Source: Patescibacteria group bacterium (GTDB lineage: Bacteria > Patescibacteriota > Minisyncoccia > Phycocordibacterales > Phycocordibacteraceae). From it: DNA of 64,000 nucleotides. The translations under genes and the position numbers were made by a program. Where the stretch lies: contig JAGWWI010000001.1 of NCBI GenBank assembly GCA_018970465.1, forward strand, positions 3,430-67,429. The letters run 5' to 3'. This document shows positions 8,313 through 17,425 of this stretch, one piece after another (position 1 is the stretch's first letter; every line of letters starts with the position of its first letter). Under the pieces are notes generated by a model. It was not told the DNA's origin. It saw nothing but the letters and a program-made list of their open reading frames with translations, and ran no database searches.

Positions 8313-9008
8313 ATGGACACCAACAAATGGCTCACGCCCGCTGCGGTCGTGCTCGCGGGCCTCTTTATCGGCGGGGCGATCGTCTGGAACAACCAGCACC
8401 CGGCGCAGGCAGGCGCGGGCGCTCCGGGCAGCGGCGCCCCTGCACCCACTGCTAACATTGCGGATGTGAACACCGCCGGCGAGCCCTACATCGGCAACGC
8501 GAACGCGCCCGTCACGATCGCCTTCTGGAGCGACTACCAGTGCCCGTTCTGCAAGCAGTTCGAAGAGCAGACGCTGCCGCAGTTGAAGAAGGGGTATGTC
8601 GATACTGGGAAGGCGAAGGTCGTCTTCCTCGACTTCGCGTTCCTCGGGAATGACTCGATCACGGGCGCGGAGTACGGCCGCGCGGTGTGGAAGCTCTACC
8701 CGAACCAGTACTTCGCCTGGCGCACCGCGATGTTCAACGCGCAGGACCAGGAGGGCGATCAGGGCTTCGGCAATGCCGCGTCGATCGACAAGCTCGACGC
8801 GACCGTCCCGGGCCTCGACGCGGCGAAGATCGCCGCGGACGTCGCCGCGAACAAGGCGACCTACGACGCGGCGATTGCCGCCGACAAGGCCGAGGCGCAG
8901 AAGGAGGGCGTGAACGCGACGCCGTCGTTCGTGATCGGCACGCAGCTCATCGCGGGCGCCGTGCCGCTCGCGCAGTTCCAGACCGCGCTCGCGGCCGTCG
9001 TCAAGTAA
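8313..9008 (+). CDS. DsbA-family thiol:disulfide oxidoreductase (thioredoxin fold), membrane-anchored.
   Basis: CPFC active site within WSDYQCPFCKQF, an N-terminal TM, and C-terminal TPSFVIG (cis-Pro loop region). The start is an internal ATG of track ORF 8229..9008, chosen to avoid overlap with the MGMT gene. Confidence 0.85.
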   Translation: MDTNKWLTPAAVVLAGLFIGGAIVWNNQHPAQAGAGAPGSGAPAPTANIADVNTAGEPYIGNANAPVTIAFWSDYQCPFCKQFEEQTLPQLKKGYVDTGKAKVVFLDFAFLGNDSITGAEYGRAVWKLYPNQYFAWRTAMFNAQDQEGDQGFGNAASIDKLDATVPGLDAAKIAADVAANKATYDAAIAADKAEAQKEGVNATPSFVIGTQLIAGAVPLAQFQTALAAVVK

Positions 9009-9022
9009 GGGCGAAGAAGGGT

Positions 9023-9056
9023 CCCGCGACCGGCTCCGCCGGTCGCGGGTTATCCT
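9023..9056 (+). terminator. Intrinsic terminator after the dsbA-like gene.
   Basis: Perfect 11-bp stem cccgcgaccgg / ccggtcgcggg with loop ctccg, followed by ttatccttatc. Confidence 0.7.
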
Positions 9057-9063
9057 TATCTAT

Positions 9064-9696
9064 ATGAAGAAACCTTCGCTCTCCCGAGCCCTCGCGCTCT
9101 GGGTTCCGTTTGTTGTCGCCTTCTCGGGCGTGTTCCTCTTCGCTGCGTGGGCGGTGCAGCAGAACTATCGCCTCGGGCTCGACGATCCGCAGATCGGCAT
9201 GGCCGAGGACGCCGCGCGCGCCTTGGCAGGCGGCGTTGCGCCCGAGGACGCCGTCGCGGACGGCAGGTCGCCTGTCGACATGGCCGCTTCGCTCGACCCC
9301 TGGCTCGCCGTCTACGACGCCTCCGGCGCGCCCGTCGCGGCGAACGGGCTCCTCGACGGCGCCCTGCCGCAGCTCCCGCCCGGCGTCTTCGACACGAGCG
9401 AGTGGCAACGCATCGTCATCGGCCACCACTTCAACCAGTCGCCTCCCGATGAATTCCGCTTCTCCTGGGAGCCGCGATACCCAGGTGCGCCAGGTGGGGA
9501 AGTGCGGCAGGCCGTCGTGCTCGTCCACTACGAGACGCCGACGGGCGGCGCGGGCTTCGTTGCCGCCGGTCGCAACATGCGCGTCGTCGAGAGCCGCGAG
9601 GCGACGCTTCGCGAGGGCGCCGCCATCCTCTGGGGCGGCACCTCGCTCGCGACCCTCGCGGCAATCATCCTCCTCCTCGCGCTCGGGTGGCTCTAG
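9064..9696 (+). CDS. Hypothetical membrane protein (N- and C-terminal TM helices).
   Basis: Clean ORF between a terminator and the ZIP gene. Hydrophobic termini and no recognisable family. Confidence 0.55.
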   Translation: MKKPSLSRALALWVPFVVAFSGVFLFAAWAVQQNYRLGLDDPQIGMAEDAARALAGGVAPEDAVADGRSPVDMAASLDPWLAVYDASGAPVAANGLLDGALPQLPPGVFDTSEWQRIVIGHHFNQSPPDEFRFSWEPRYPGAPGGEVRQAVVLVHYETPTGGAGFVAAGRNMRVVESREATLREGAAILWGGTSLATLAAIILLLALGWL

Positions 9697-9714
9697 TGCG
9701 GTATCATAGCCGGC

Positions 9715-10434
9715 ATGGTCATCTTCATCGCGCTTGCGGCTGGGCTCGCAACGCTCGCGGGCGGGGCGCTCGCGCTCACATTCCGCGACCACCTACACCT
9801 CATCCTCGGCTTCTCGGCGGGGGCGGTGGCGGGCGTCGCGCTCTTCGACCTCCTGCCCGAGGCGATCGGGCTCGGGGCGAAATATCACGCGGCTTCGGCG
9901 GTAGCGCTCTTCGTCGCGCTCGGATTCTTCGGCTATCTCATCCTCGACCGGCTCATCCTCCTGCATACGCATGACGACGAGGCGCATGCCGAGCACGCGC
10001 ACCCGCGCCGCGGGGCCTTGGGCGCGGCGACGCTCTCGGCGCATAGCTTCCTCGACGGCGTTGCGATCGGCGTGGGCTTCCAGGCCTCGGCGCTGGTGGG
10101 CGCGATCGTCGCGGCGGCGATCTTGACGCACGACTTCTCCGACGGGATCAACACGGTCAATTACATCTTGCGCAACAAGGGCGGCCGCGCGCGCGCCTTC
10201 CGCTGGCTCCTCGCCGACGCCGTGGCGCCCGTCCTTGGCGCGGCATCGACCCTGCTCTTCGCTATTCCCGCCTCCGCGATCGGGCTCGTGCTCGCGGTCT
10301 TCGTCGGCACATTCCTCTATCTCTCGGCCGCAGACCTCATTCCTGAGAGCCACCACCGGCACCCGCGAGCCTTGACTACGCTCATGACGCTTCTTGGCGC
10401 GTTCATCATCTGGGCGGTAGTATCGGTAGCATGA
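9715..10434 (+). CDS. ZIP-family divalent metal (zinc) transporter (ZupT-like).
   Basis: About 8 TM helices. A His-rich cytoplasmic loop HTHDDEAHAEHAHP is present, as are the conserved HSFLDGVAIG and HDFSDG motifs. Confidence 0.88.
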   Translation: MVIFIALAAGLATLAGGALALTFRDHLHLILGFSAGAVAGVALFDLLPEAIGLGAKYHAASAVALFVALGFFGYLILDRLILLHTHDDEAHAEHAHPRRGALGAATLSAHSFLDGVAIGVGFQASALVGAIVAAAILTHDFSDGINTVNYILRNKGGRARAFRWLLADAVAPVLGAASTLLFAIPASAIGLVLAVFVGTFLYLSAADLIPESHHRHPRALTTLMTLLGAFIIWAVVSVA

Positions 10435-11126
10435 ACGACACTACTATCGCGGTGCGAGACGGGAGCGAGATGCGCGCGTACGTCGCGCGCCCGGACGACG
10501 CGCCGGAGAAGGGGATCATCGTGCTCCAAGAAGCCTTCGGCGTCACCGACTATATCCGGCGCATGGCAGACCGCTTCGCCGAGCGCGGATTCCTCGCCGT
10601 CGCGCCCGAGCTCTTCCACCGCACGGCGCCGGCGGGCACCGAGCTCTCCTATACCGACTATCCGAGTGTTGCGCCGCATATGCAGGCCCTAACTCCCGAC
10701 GGGCTCGCGGCGGATCTCAAAGCTTGCTACGACTGGCTCCTCGCAGAGGGTGTCCCGACGGAGAAGGTTGCCGCGATCGGCTTCTGCATGGGCGGGCGGG
10801 CGGCCTTCCTCGCGAACGAGACGCTGCCACTTGCCGCGTCGGTCTCCTTTTATGGCGGCGGCATCGCCGACCAACTGTTGGATAGGGTGAGCGATCTCTC
10901 AGGGCCCCAGCTCCTCTTCTGGGGCGGGGAGGATGCGAACATTCCGCAGGAGAAGACAGATGCGGTTGCCGCCGCGCTCCGCGCGGCGGGTAAGACCTTT
11001 ACCGAAAAGACGTTCCCGGGCGCGGGCCACGCCTTCGCCCGCGACGTGGGCGACCACTACGACCCGGCTGCCGCGGCGGAGGCATGGGCCATGACCGACG
11101 CCTTCCTCGCCGAGCATCTCGGCTAG
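10431..11126 (+). CDS. Dienelactone hydrolase family protein (carboxymethylenebutenolidase-like).
   Basis: Nucleophile motif GFCMGG, and a C-terminal His in GAGHAF. The gene overlaps the ZIP gene by ATGA. Confidence 0.88.
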   Translation: MNDTTIAVRDGSEMRAYVARPDDAPEKGIIVLQEAFGVTDYIRRMADRFAERGFLAVAPELFHRTAPAGTELSYTDYPSVAPHMQALTPDGLAADLKACYDWLLAEGVPTEKVAAIGFCMGGRAAFLANETLPLAASVSFYGGGIADQLLDRVSDLSGPQLLFWGGEDANIPQEKTDAVAAALRAAGKTFTEKTFPGAGHAFARDVGDHYDPAAAAEAWAMTDAFLAEHLG

Positions 11127-11178
11127 GCTGTCCACACGGGCGCTCCGCGCCGCCCTCCCGCTTGATACAATCAAGCGC

Positions 11179-11523
11179 ATGAAACTCATTCTGCACTGGC
11201 TCATCGCCGCCGTCGCGATCGGCATCGCGGCGTACATCCTCCCGGGCGTCTCGGTCACGCTTACGGGCGCGGTCGTCCTCGCGATCGTGCTCGGCGCGCT
11301 GAATATCTTCATCCGCCCGCTCCTCATCGTCCTCACGCTCCCGATCACCTTGCTCACGCTCGGGCTCTTCACGATCGTCATTAACGCGTTCCTCGTTTGG
11401 CTTGCCGCCTTGATCGTGCCGGGCTTCTCGGTCGCGAACTTCTGGTGGGCCGCGCTCTTCGCTATCGTGCTCATGCTCGTCAATTGGGTCTTCCACTCCT
11501 GGATGCGCCGCGACCCTGCGTAG
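11179..11523 (+). CDS. Phage holin family 4 / DUF360 membrane protein.
   Basis: The sequence GALNIFIRPLLIVLTLPITLLTLGLFTIVINAFLVWLAALIVPGFSV matches the conserved core of this family. Three TM helices. Confidence 0.75.
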   Translation: MKLILHWLIAAVAIGIAAYILPGVSVTLTGAVVLAIVLGALNIFIRPLLIVLTLPITLLTLGLFTIVINAFLVWLAALIVPGFSVANFWWAALFAIVLMLVNWVFHSWMRRDPA

Positions 11524-11548
11524 CACTTGTGGTGGGCGCAGTCGAACC

Positions 11549-11779
11549 ATGATCGATCCCGAGCTCGCCGCTAAGCTCGACGAGATAGAGAAGGTCGCTC
11601 GCGCCGCCTACGAGGCGGCCGAGAAGGCGCGTAAATACCTCTTTTGGACCGGTGTCGCGACTATCGTCGTAATCGTCGTGCCGCTGATCGGCCTCGCGTT
11701 CGCGATTCCAGCATTCCTCACTAACTACGGCAATCCGCTCCAGCAGGAGACGAAGACCCTCAATTCGCTCGGCTACTAG
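11549..11779 (+). CDS. Small hypothetical membrane protein (76 aa).
   Basis: Amphipathic N-terminus plus one TM helix. The stop overlaps the dedA stop region. Confidence 0.45.
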   Translation: MIDPELAAKLDEIEKVARAAYEAAEKARKYLFWTGVATIVVIVVPLIGLAFAIPAFLTNYGNPLQQETKTLNSLGY

Positions 11780-12393
11780 AGCGCGCGGCGCCCGCGCACG
11801 ATATTGAGCGCGATAGGGAGGAACGAGACGACAATGATCCCGAGCGAGATCGGGAGTACGTAGTGCTGGATGCCCGGCACTGCCGTGCCGAGGAAGTAGC
11901 CCAAGGACACGACGCCCGCGCCCCAGATAATCCCCCCGAGCATGTTGTAGGAGAGGAATGTCGCGTAGCGCATCCGCGCGACGCCCGCCAAGACGGGCGC
12001 CAGGGTGCGCACGATCGGCACGAAGCGCGCGAGGAGCACGGCGCGCGGGCCGTACGTCGTATAGAAGCGCTCGGTGCGCTCCAAGTACTCGCGCTTGAAG
12101 AGGCGCGAGTCGGGCCGCTTGAAGAGCGCGCTGCCGACCCGCCGGCCGAACCAATAGCCGACCGTATCGCCGAGGATAGCGGCGAGCGCGACGACGGTCG
12201 CGAGCGGGAGATACCGCAAGAGCCCGCTCCCCGCGAGGAGGCCTGCAGCGAAGAGGAGCGAGTCGCCGGGGAGGAATATGCCGATCAGGAGCCCGCTCTC
12301 GGCGAAGACGAGGAGGGCGACGCCCGCGTATCCGCCCGCGCGCACGATCGCGAGGGGGTCCAAGTGCGCGCACGCGAGCAAGAAGTTCTCCAT
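11776..12393 (-). CDS. DedA/VTT-domain family membrane protein.
   Basis: The DedA core GLLIGIFLPGDSLLFAAG ... GRRVGSALFKRP ... RFVPIVRTLAPVLAG matches the family. Confidence 0.88.
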   Translation of the reverse strand: MENFLLACAHLDPLAIVRAGGYAGVALLVFAESGLLIGIFLPGDSLLFAAGLLAGSGLLRYLPLATVVALAAILGDTVGYWFGRRVGSALFKRPDSRLFKREYLERTERFYTTYGPRAVLLARFVPIVRTLAPVLAGVARMRYATFLSYNMLGGIIWGAGVVSLGYFLGTAVPGIQHYVLPISLGIIVVSFLPIALNIVRGRRAL

Positions 12394-12632
12394 GTGGCAC
12401 CCTCTATAACATCGCTTCTTCCTCCCTCGACCTCCCGAACAGCGCCCTCCAGCACTCGAGCATCACGGTCAACGGCACGCTCTTCAATCTCGGCGACTCC
12501 CACAGCATCACCGCCGCCTCCTCGACCCTGCTCGGGGACGCCAACACCTTCTCGGGCGCGAACGCCTTCACGACGGGCCTCACGGTCAACTCTTCGGGAG
12601 CAAATCCGACTATTAATAACACCACGAGCGGC

Positions 12633-15600
12633 GTGGGCGTCATTCTGCGCGGCATAAGCAGCGGCACCACCGGGCAACTGCGCATCGTCCCCAACGGTGG
12701 CGCATGGGCCGATAGCCAAGAAACGACCTATTTCCAAATCACCAACTCATCCAACAACAACGCGTCCTTCCAAGGGGGGACCTATGGCGCTGACACGCAG
12801 CTTAATCGGCTCCAATTCAATGCCTCATCGACGCAGGTTACTGACTACGCATTCGGCTCGACACCGGTCCCCAACTCGGTTTTCGGTGTCGTTTCCTCAA
12901 GTACCGTCAAGACGCTCTTCGCAGTGAAGAATACCGGCGGCTCGCCAAGCGGAGACTATCTGCAAATCTCTTCAAGCGCAGGCGCGGGCGACCTGCTTAA
13001 GGTCACGGGGGCAGGCCTCGTCGGCCTCGGCACCACCTCGCCCTCGACGACCCTCTCTGTCGGAGGAAGCGGATATATCACCGGCGGTCTTGGTGTCGGT
13101 GTCCTCAACACGGCTGCAGGAACCCTCACCACCTCAGGGAACGCGACGATCGGCGGCACGCTCGCGGCTGGCGCCGCCACCACCACCGATCTGGCGATTA
13201 CGCATCTCGCGAATGCGCTTCTTGCGGCGAACGCCGCAGGGTCCGTCGTCGCGACTACTTCGATAGGCGCCAATCTCCTGACAGGCTCTCTCGGTTCCAT
13301 CAACGGCAGCACATTCAACGCTGGTGCTTCGATCACCATCACCGCGGCCTCTTCCACGCTCCTCGCGAATAACAACACCTGGAGCGGCATCAACACGTTC
13401 ACAAACGCCTCTTCGAACTTCGCCGGCACCTGGCAGGGATACAGTCCGTCGGCCTTCGCCACCTTTAGCTATCCGTTCCCGGCGAACGCCACGACCACGC
13501 TTCTGAGCCTGAGCGGAGGGTTTACGGCGTATGCCTCCTCGACCATTGGTAAGGGAGGAGTCAATGGTCTTACTGTCAACGGGAACGCTACTACGACCGG
13601 CACCGCCTACTTTGGCGGGAATGTCGGAATCGCCTCGACCTCGCCGGAGTACCCGCTTTCGGTAGGGAACATTATCGGAATCGATGCGAGCGGAAACATC
13701 CACTTCGCGACGACCACGGAAATCAGTTATCCCGTAAGCCCGGGGAATTCGGCGCTTGATATCGTGGCGCAGAATGATACGTATCACGACAACCTCATCT
13801 CACTCGAAAACGACTCGATCCTTGCGAGCAACGGCCAGTGCGGCAATGATGCGCTCCGGTTCCGTGACAGCGTCGGGCATGTGGAGCGGGGCGCGATAGG
13901 GTATAGCAGCGTCAAGACCGGGTGCACGGCCGGATATAACCCAGACTATCTCTACGCCGAGATAGGGAATATCAACTCCGCAGATCCTGACGACACGAGC
14001 TTCGCCATCATCAACACGCACGGCCCGGGAGCGCTCAACCTTCCCGGGACCTCCTACAAAGTTCTCGACGTGCAGGGCAGCACGGGGAATTTGTCGCTCA
14101 ACGATACCAGCGGGAACTCGCACTTCTATCTCAACGCATCGAACGGTCATATCGGCATCGGAACGACGACGCCCGATGAGGCGCTCGTCGTGAACGACAC
14201 GATACAGGCCGGTAATACGACTCAGAACGGCAACCTCTACTTCGGCGGTTCCACCATCGCGCTCAAGTCGGCGTATTCGTCGAACATTCTAGCGATTTAT
14301 ACCGCCGGCAAAGAAGCCGCTCGATTCGACGGTAATGGGCGATTCGCGGTTGGGACCAGCTCGCCCTTCGCGCAACTTGCGGCATCCTCGACCTCCGTGT
14401 ACCCGACCTTTATTGCTGACCAGCATGGCTCGGCCCCGGTGGCTCTGTTCCTCGGCGGCAACGTCGGCATCGGCACCGCTTCTCCTAATACGAAACTGGA
14501 AGTGGATGGGAATGTAATCTTCAATCCGAACGCCATCGGAGGCGGCGGCCCCAACACCAACTCGGTTAACCTTATCGGCAATACGAATACAACCGCATTC
14601 CGTGCGACCTACAACAGCGTCGGCGCCCTCTTCTTGGGCCATAACTCCTCGAATGCCGTCATCGGTACCGATGGCACCGACCTGGCATTCCGAACCAACA
14701 TCGCGAGCGGCGACCTCACGAGCGGCTCCGAACTCATGCGCATCACCGCAAGCGGCAACGTCGGCATCGGGACGACGAGTCCGAGTTCGATGCTGACCGT
14801 GGGTACTGAAGGGACGACGCAAGCAATCTCCATCTCAGGCAATGCCGCGAGCCTATACACCGGTCGTCCGACCATAGATACCGCGCAGCTGAAGCTCGGT
14901 TCGGTCACTAGTTCGCAAGGCGGCGGCATCGAGTTCCAGGTGTCCTCGGCCAATAACGGCTACGGGTGGAAGATCGCCGCTCCCAACGTGACCAGCGGCA
15001 ACAGCAACCAGAGTCTGCTGTTCCTGGATCGCTCCAATTCTGCGACGTGGTCAGAAAAGATGAGGATCGACGAAAACGGCAACGTCGGCATCGGGACGAC
15101 GAGTCCGGGCTACCCGCTTGATGTTAAGGCGTCGGGCGCAATAGCGGCACGCCTATACGGCAATGCTGGCGCATCGAGCGACAACGTACAAGTGCGATTC
15201 GCGGGCCAAAAGGACGGAGAGTTGTGGGCGCTGGGATCGGATGTTACGGGAGGCGGATCAACGGGAGACTTTGAATTTTATAACTTAGGGAACGCGGGCG
15301 GGTCCATGGGTACGAAGCTGACCATTCTGGGGTCTGGCAACGTCGGTATCGGGACGACGAGTCCGGCCTACAAACTCACTGTCGACAACGCCGGATCGGC
15401 CGGCGGCGTTGCAGGCTTCGAGAATTCCTCGGGCGAGTGCGTCATAAATCCGACATCAAGCTCGATCAACTGCTCGTCCGACCAGCGGCTCAAGACCAAT
15501 TTCGTCTCCATCAGCACTACAACCGCCCTGGCCGATATCGAGGCGCTCTCCCCGACCTATTTCAACTGGAAAACGGAGGCCTCGGGCGCGCCGGAGCACG

Positions 15601-16106
15601 CGGGCTTCATCGCGCAGGAGGTGCAGCCGATCTTACCCGACCTTGTCTCGCAGGGCTCGAACGGCTACTACATGCTGGACTACACGGGCTTCGTGCCGTA
15701 CTTGACCGCGGGGATCCAGGCGCTCGCATACGAGATGCAGGGGCAAAGCGCCGATATAGCCCGTATACAGGGCCTTACGGGCCTCATGGCCACCACGACC
15801 CTCCCCGAGTCGCCCGCCTCGGGCGTCGCGGCCGAGTGCGTCGCGGGCGACACGAAGCTCCGCCGCCGGAGGAAGCGGGCGGACGGGAGCTACGCATACG
15901 ACGAGACCGACATCGCCGATATCGCGCCGGGCGACGAAGTCCTCTCGCTCGACGAGGCGACCGGCTGCGCGGTATACCGCCGCGTGAACGCGCTCCTGCC
16001 GCGCGGCGTGCAGGAGGTATACGAGCTCCGCACCAAGGGCGGCCGCGTGGTCCGAACCACCGCGAACCACCCATACCTTGTCCGCCTTTCCGATATAAGC
16101 GTATGA
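12633..16106 (+). CDS. Giant phage-tail-fibre-like protein: Gly/Thr/Ser-rich beta-helix with (G)NVGIGTTSP fibre repeats, a peptidase-S74 intramolecular-chaperone auto-processing domain, and an intein N-terminal (Hint) segment at the extreme C-terminus. The 5' end is uncertain: the track start is a GTG, and frame 0 is open and coding-like back to about 12394.
   Basis: The motif M/L-R-I-x-x-x-G-N-V-G-I-G-T-T-S-P recurs at least 5 times. S74 chaperone signatures are present: CSSDQRLKTN...HAGFIAQEVQPILPDLV...YMLDYTGFVPYLTAGIQALAYEM. Intein block A (CVAGDTKL) and block B (TANHPYLV) then follow. The stop overlaps the ATG of the next gene (ATGA). Confidence 0.85.
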   Translation: MGVILRGISSGTTGQLRIVPNGGAWADSQETTYFQITNSSNNNASFQGGTYGADTQLNRLQFNASSTQVTDYAFGSTPVPNSVFGVVSSSTVKTLFAVKNTGGSPSGDYLQISSSAGAGDLLKVTGAGLVGLGTTSPSTTLSVGGSGYITGGLGVGVLNTAAGTLTTSGNATIGGTLAAGAATTTDLAITHLANALLAANAAGSVVATTSIGANLLTGSLGSINGSTFNAGASITITAASSTLLANNNTWSGINTFTNASSNFAGTWQGYSPSAFATFSYPFPANATTTLLSLSGGFTAYASSTIGKGGVNGLTVNGNATTTGTAYFGGNVGIASTSPEYPLSVGNIIGIDASGNIHFATTTEISYPVSPGNSALDIVAQNDTYHDNLISLENDSILASNGQCGNDALRFRDSVGHVERGAIGYSSVKTGCTAGYNPDYLYAEIGNINSADPDDTSFAIINTHGPGALNLPGTSYKVLDVQGSTGNLSLNDTSGNSHFYLNASNGHIGIGTTTPDEALVVNDTIQAGNTTQNGNLYFGGSTIALKSAYSSNILAIYTAGKEAARFDGNGRFAVGTSSPFAQLAASSTSVYPTFIADQHGSAPVALFLGGNVGIGTASPNTKLEVDGNVIFNPNAIGGGGPNTNSVNLIGNTNTTAFRATYNSVGALFLGHNSSNAVIGTDGTDLAFRTNIASGDLTSGSELMRITASGNVGIGTTSPSSMLTVGTEGTTQAISISGNAASLYTGRPTIDTAQLKLGSVTSSQGGGIEFQVSSANNGYGWKIAAPNVTSGNSNQSLLFLDRSNSATWSEKMRIDENGNVGIGTTSPGYPLDVKASGAIAARLYGNAGASSDNVQVRFAGQKDGELWALGSDVTGGGSTGDFEFYNLGNAGGSMGTKLTILGSGNVGIGTTSPAYKLTVDNAGSAGGVAGFENSSGECVINPTSSSINCSSDQRLKTNFVSISTTTALADIEALSPTYFNWKTEASGAPEHAGFIAQEVQPILPDLVSQGSNGYYMLDYTGFVPYLTAGIQALAYEMQGQSADIARIQGLTGLMATTTLPESPASGVAAECVAGDTKLRRRRKRADGSYAYDETDIADIAPGDEVLSLDEATGCAVYRRVNALLPRGVQEVYELRTKGGRVVRTTANHPYLVRLSDISV
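15477..15800 (+). other. Peptidase S74 / intramolecular chaperone auto-processing domain (tail-fibre C-terminal chaperone), within the CDS.
   Basis: SDQRLK (containing the presumptive autocleavage Ser) ... GFIAQEV ... LDY ... L.AGIQAL. This is the classical endosialidase / tail-spike chaperone pattern. Confidence 0.75.
15837..16103 (+). other. Intein N-terminal splicing segment (Hint blocks A and B) at the C-terminus of the fibre protein.
   Basis: Cys1 codon at 15837 (…GVAAE|CVAGDTKL). Then ...GDEVLSLDEATG... and block B TTANHPYLV. The segment is about 89 aa and the ORF terminates right after it. Confidence 0.75.
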
Positions 16107-17425
16107 AACATACATTGACCGATGTAAAGAAGCGCGTCACTCCGAGGAATAAATCTGTCGCACAGGTGCGCGGGACGCGGGCGAAAAAGGCGGGAAGTCG
16201 TGAGATTCCAGAGCCGGGAATTCGTGATACGGCTCGCCGCATCGAATCGCGGCGAGCCGACATGTCCGCGCGGATCCGCTGCCCGTATTGCGGCTCCCCG
16301 GAATTCGTGAAGCGCGGCATCCGCAGGAAGAAGCATGAGGCCGTCCAGCTCTATCTCTGCCGCGCGGAGGCCTGCGGCCGCACCTTCACGAGCGAGCGCG
16401 TGAAGGGGAAGCGCTACCCCCTCCGGGTCATCATCGAAGGCATGAGCTACTACAATCTCGGCTGCACGCTCGAGGAGACCTGCCGGCTCTTGAAGAAAAA
16501 GTTCGCCGACGACGCGGGCGTGCTTGCGCCCACGCCCGAGACCCTCGCCGCGTGGGTAGAGCAGTACAAGCCGCTCTGCCGCTACGAGCGCATGCGCCCC
16601 TACGCGGTGAAGCTCTTGCGCCCCGCCGAGACGGTCGAGGTCGTGACCATGGCGCACCGCCAGCTCTATCGCTTCCGCTATCATCGCGCCAAGATGTTCC
16701 TCTCGCTCGAGGAGTTCGGCAACCGGCGCCTCGAACGGCTGAAGCAGTACCTCGACGCGGTGTCGAGCGAGACCCCGCACCAGTACTTCGACGAGGGCGC
16801 GCGCATGAGCGAGGTGAGGAGCCGGTTCGACGCGGCCGACATGATCGTGAAGGGGAAGCACAACTTCGCGAATGACCTCGCCGCGTTCGTCCTGCCCGCA
16901 GTCGAGCGCAACCTCGACCGCCACGAGGCGCTCCAGCGCTTCATGATCGCGAACGACAGCGTGACGGTGGCGACCGAGGTGCCGGTATATATCCGCCGCG
17001 AGGACGTCGAGCACCTCGAGAACGAGCTCAAGTTCAAGATCACGGACGACGGCCGCGTCTCGATGAAGGGGGACAAACAGCCGCGGCAGCTGCCGCAGCT
17101 CCTCACGGGCCATATCGACCTCGTGCAAGTGAGGAACGGCATGGTCCACATCCTCGACTACAAGCCCGGCGCTTCCAAAGAGCGGCCCGTCGAGCAGCTC
17201 ACTTGGTACGCGCTCGCACTCTCCCGGCTCACGGGGCTCCGGCTCTTCGAGTTCAAGTGCGCGTGGTTCGACGATCAGGATTACTACGAGTTCTATCCGC
17301 TCCATGTGGTCAAAAAGCTGCGCCCGGCTTCCGGGAAGAAGCCGCGGCGGCGCTATGTCCACTTCAGGGACGGCACGACGGCCGAGGTGCCGCGCGAGCA
17401 TGCCGCCAAGCCGGTTATCGTATGA
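16103..17425 (+). CDS. Zn-ribbon/HTH (IS1595/InsA-like N-domain) fused to a RecB/Cas4-like PD-(D/E)XK nuclease. A candidate free-standing homing endonuclease inside the split intein.
   Basis: N-terminus RCPYCGSPEFVKRG...YLCRAEACGRTFTSE (CxxC...CxxxxC) followed by an HTH-like YPLRVIIEGMSYYNLGCTLEET. C-terminal motifs are ATEVPVY (E), GHIDLVQVRNGMVHILDYKPG (motif II, D...D.K) and EQLTWYALAL (QxxxY). ATGA overlaps on both sides. Confidence 0.75.
   Translation: MKHTLTDVKKRVTPRNKSVAQVRGTRAKKAGSREIPEPGIRDTARRIESRRADMSARIRCPYCGSPEFVKRGIRRKKHEAVQLYLCRAEACGRTFTSERVKGKRYPLRVIIEGMSYYNLGCTLEETCRLLKKKFADDAGVLAPTPETLAAWVEQYKPLCRYERMRPYAVKLLRPAETVEVVTMAHRQLYRFRYHRAKMFLSLEEFGNRRLERLKQYLDAVSSETPHQYFDEGARMSEVRSRFDAADMIVKGKHNFANDLAAFVLPAVERNLDRHEALQRFMIANDSVTVATEVPVYIRREDVEHLENELKFKITDDGRVSMKGDKQPRQLPQLLTGHIDLVQVRNGMVHILDYKPGASKERPVEQLTWYALALSRLTGLRLFEFKCAWFDDQDYYEFYPLHVVKKLRPASGKKPRRRYVHFRDGTTAEVPREHAAKPVIV

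Noticed and set aside
15890-17401. 503-aa minus-strand ORF.
   Set aside because: Antisense to the Zn-ribbon/PD-(D/E)XK nuclease gene. The plus-strand product has clear motifs and ATGA coupling, and this frame has none.
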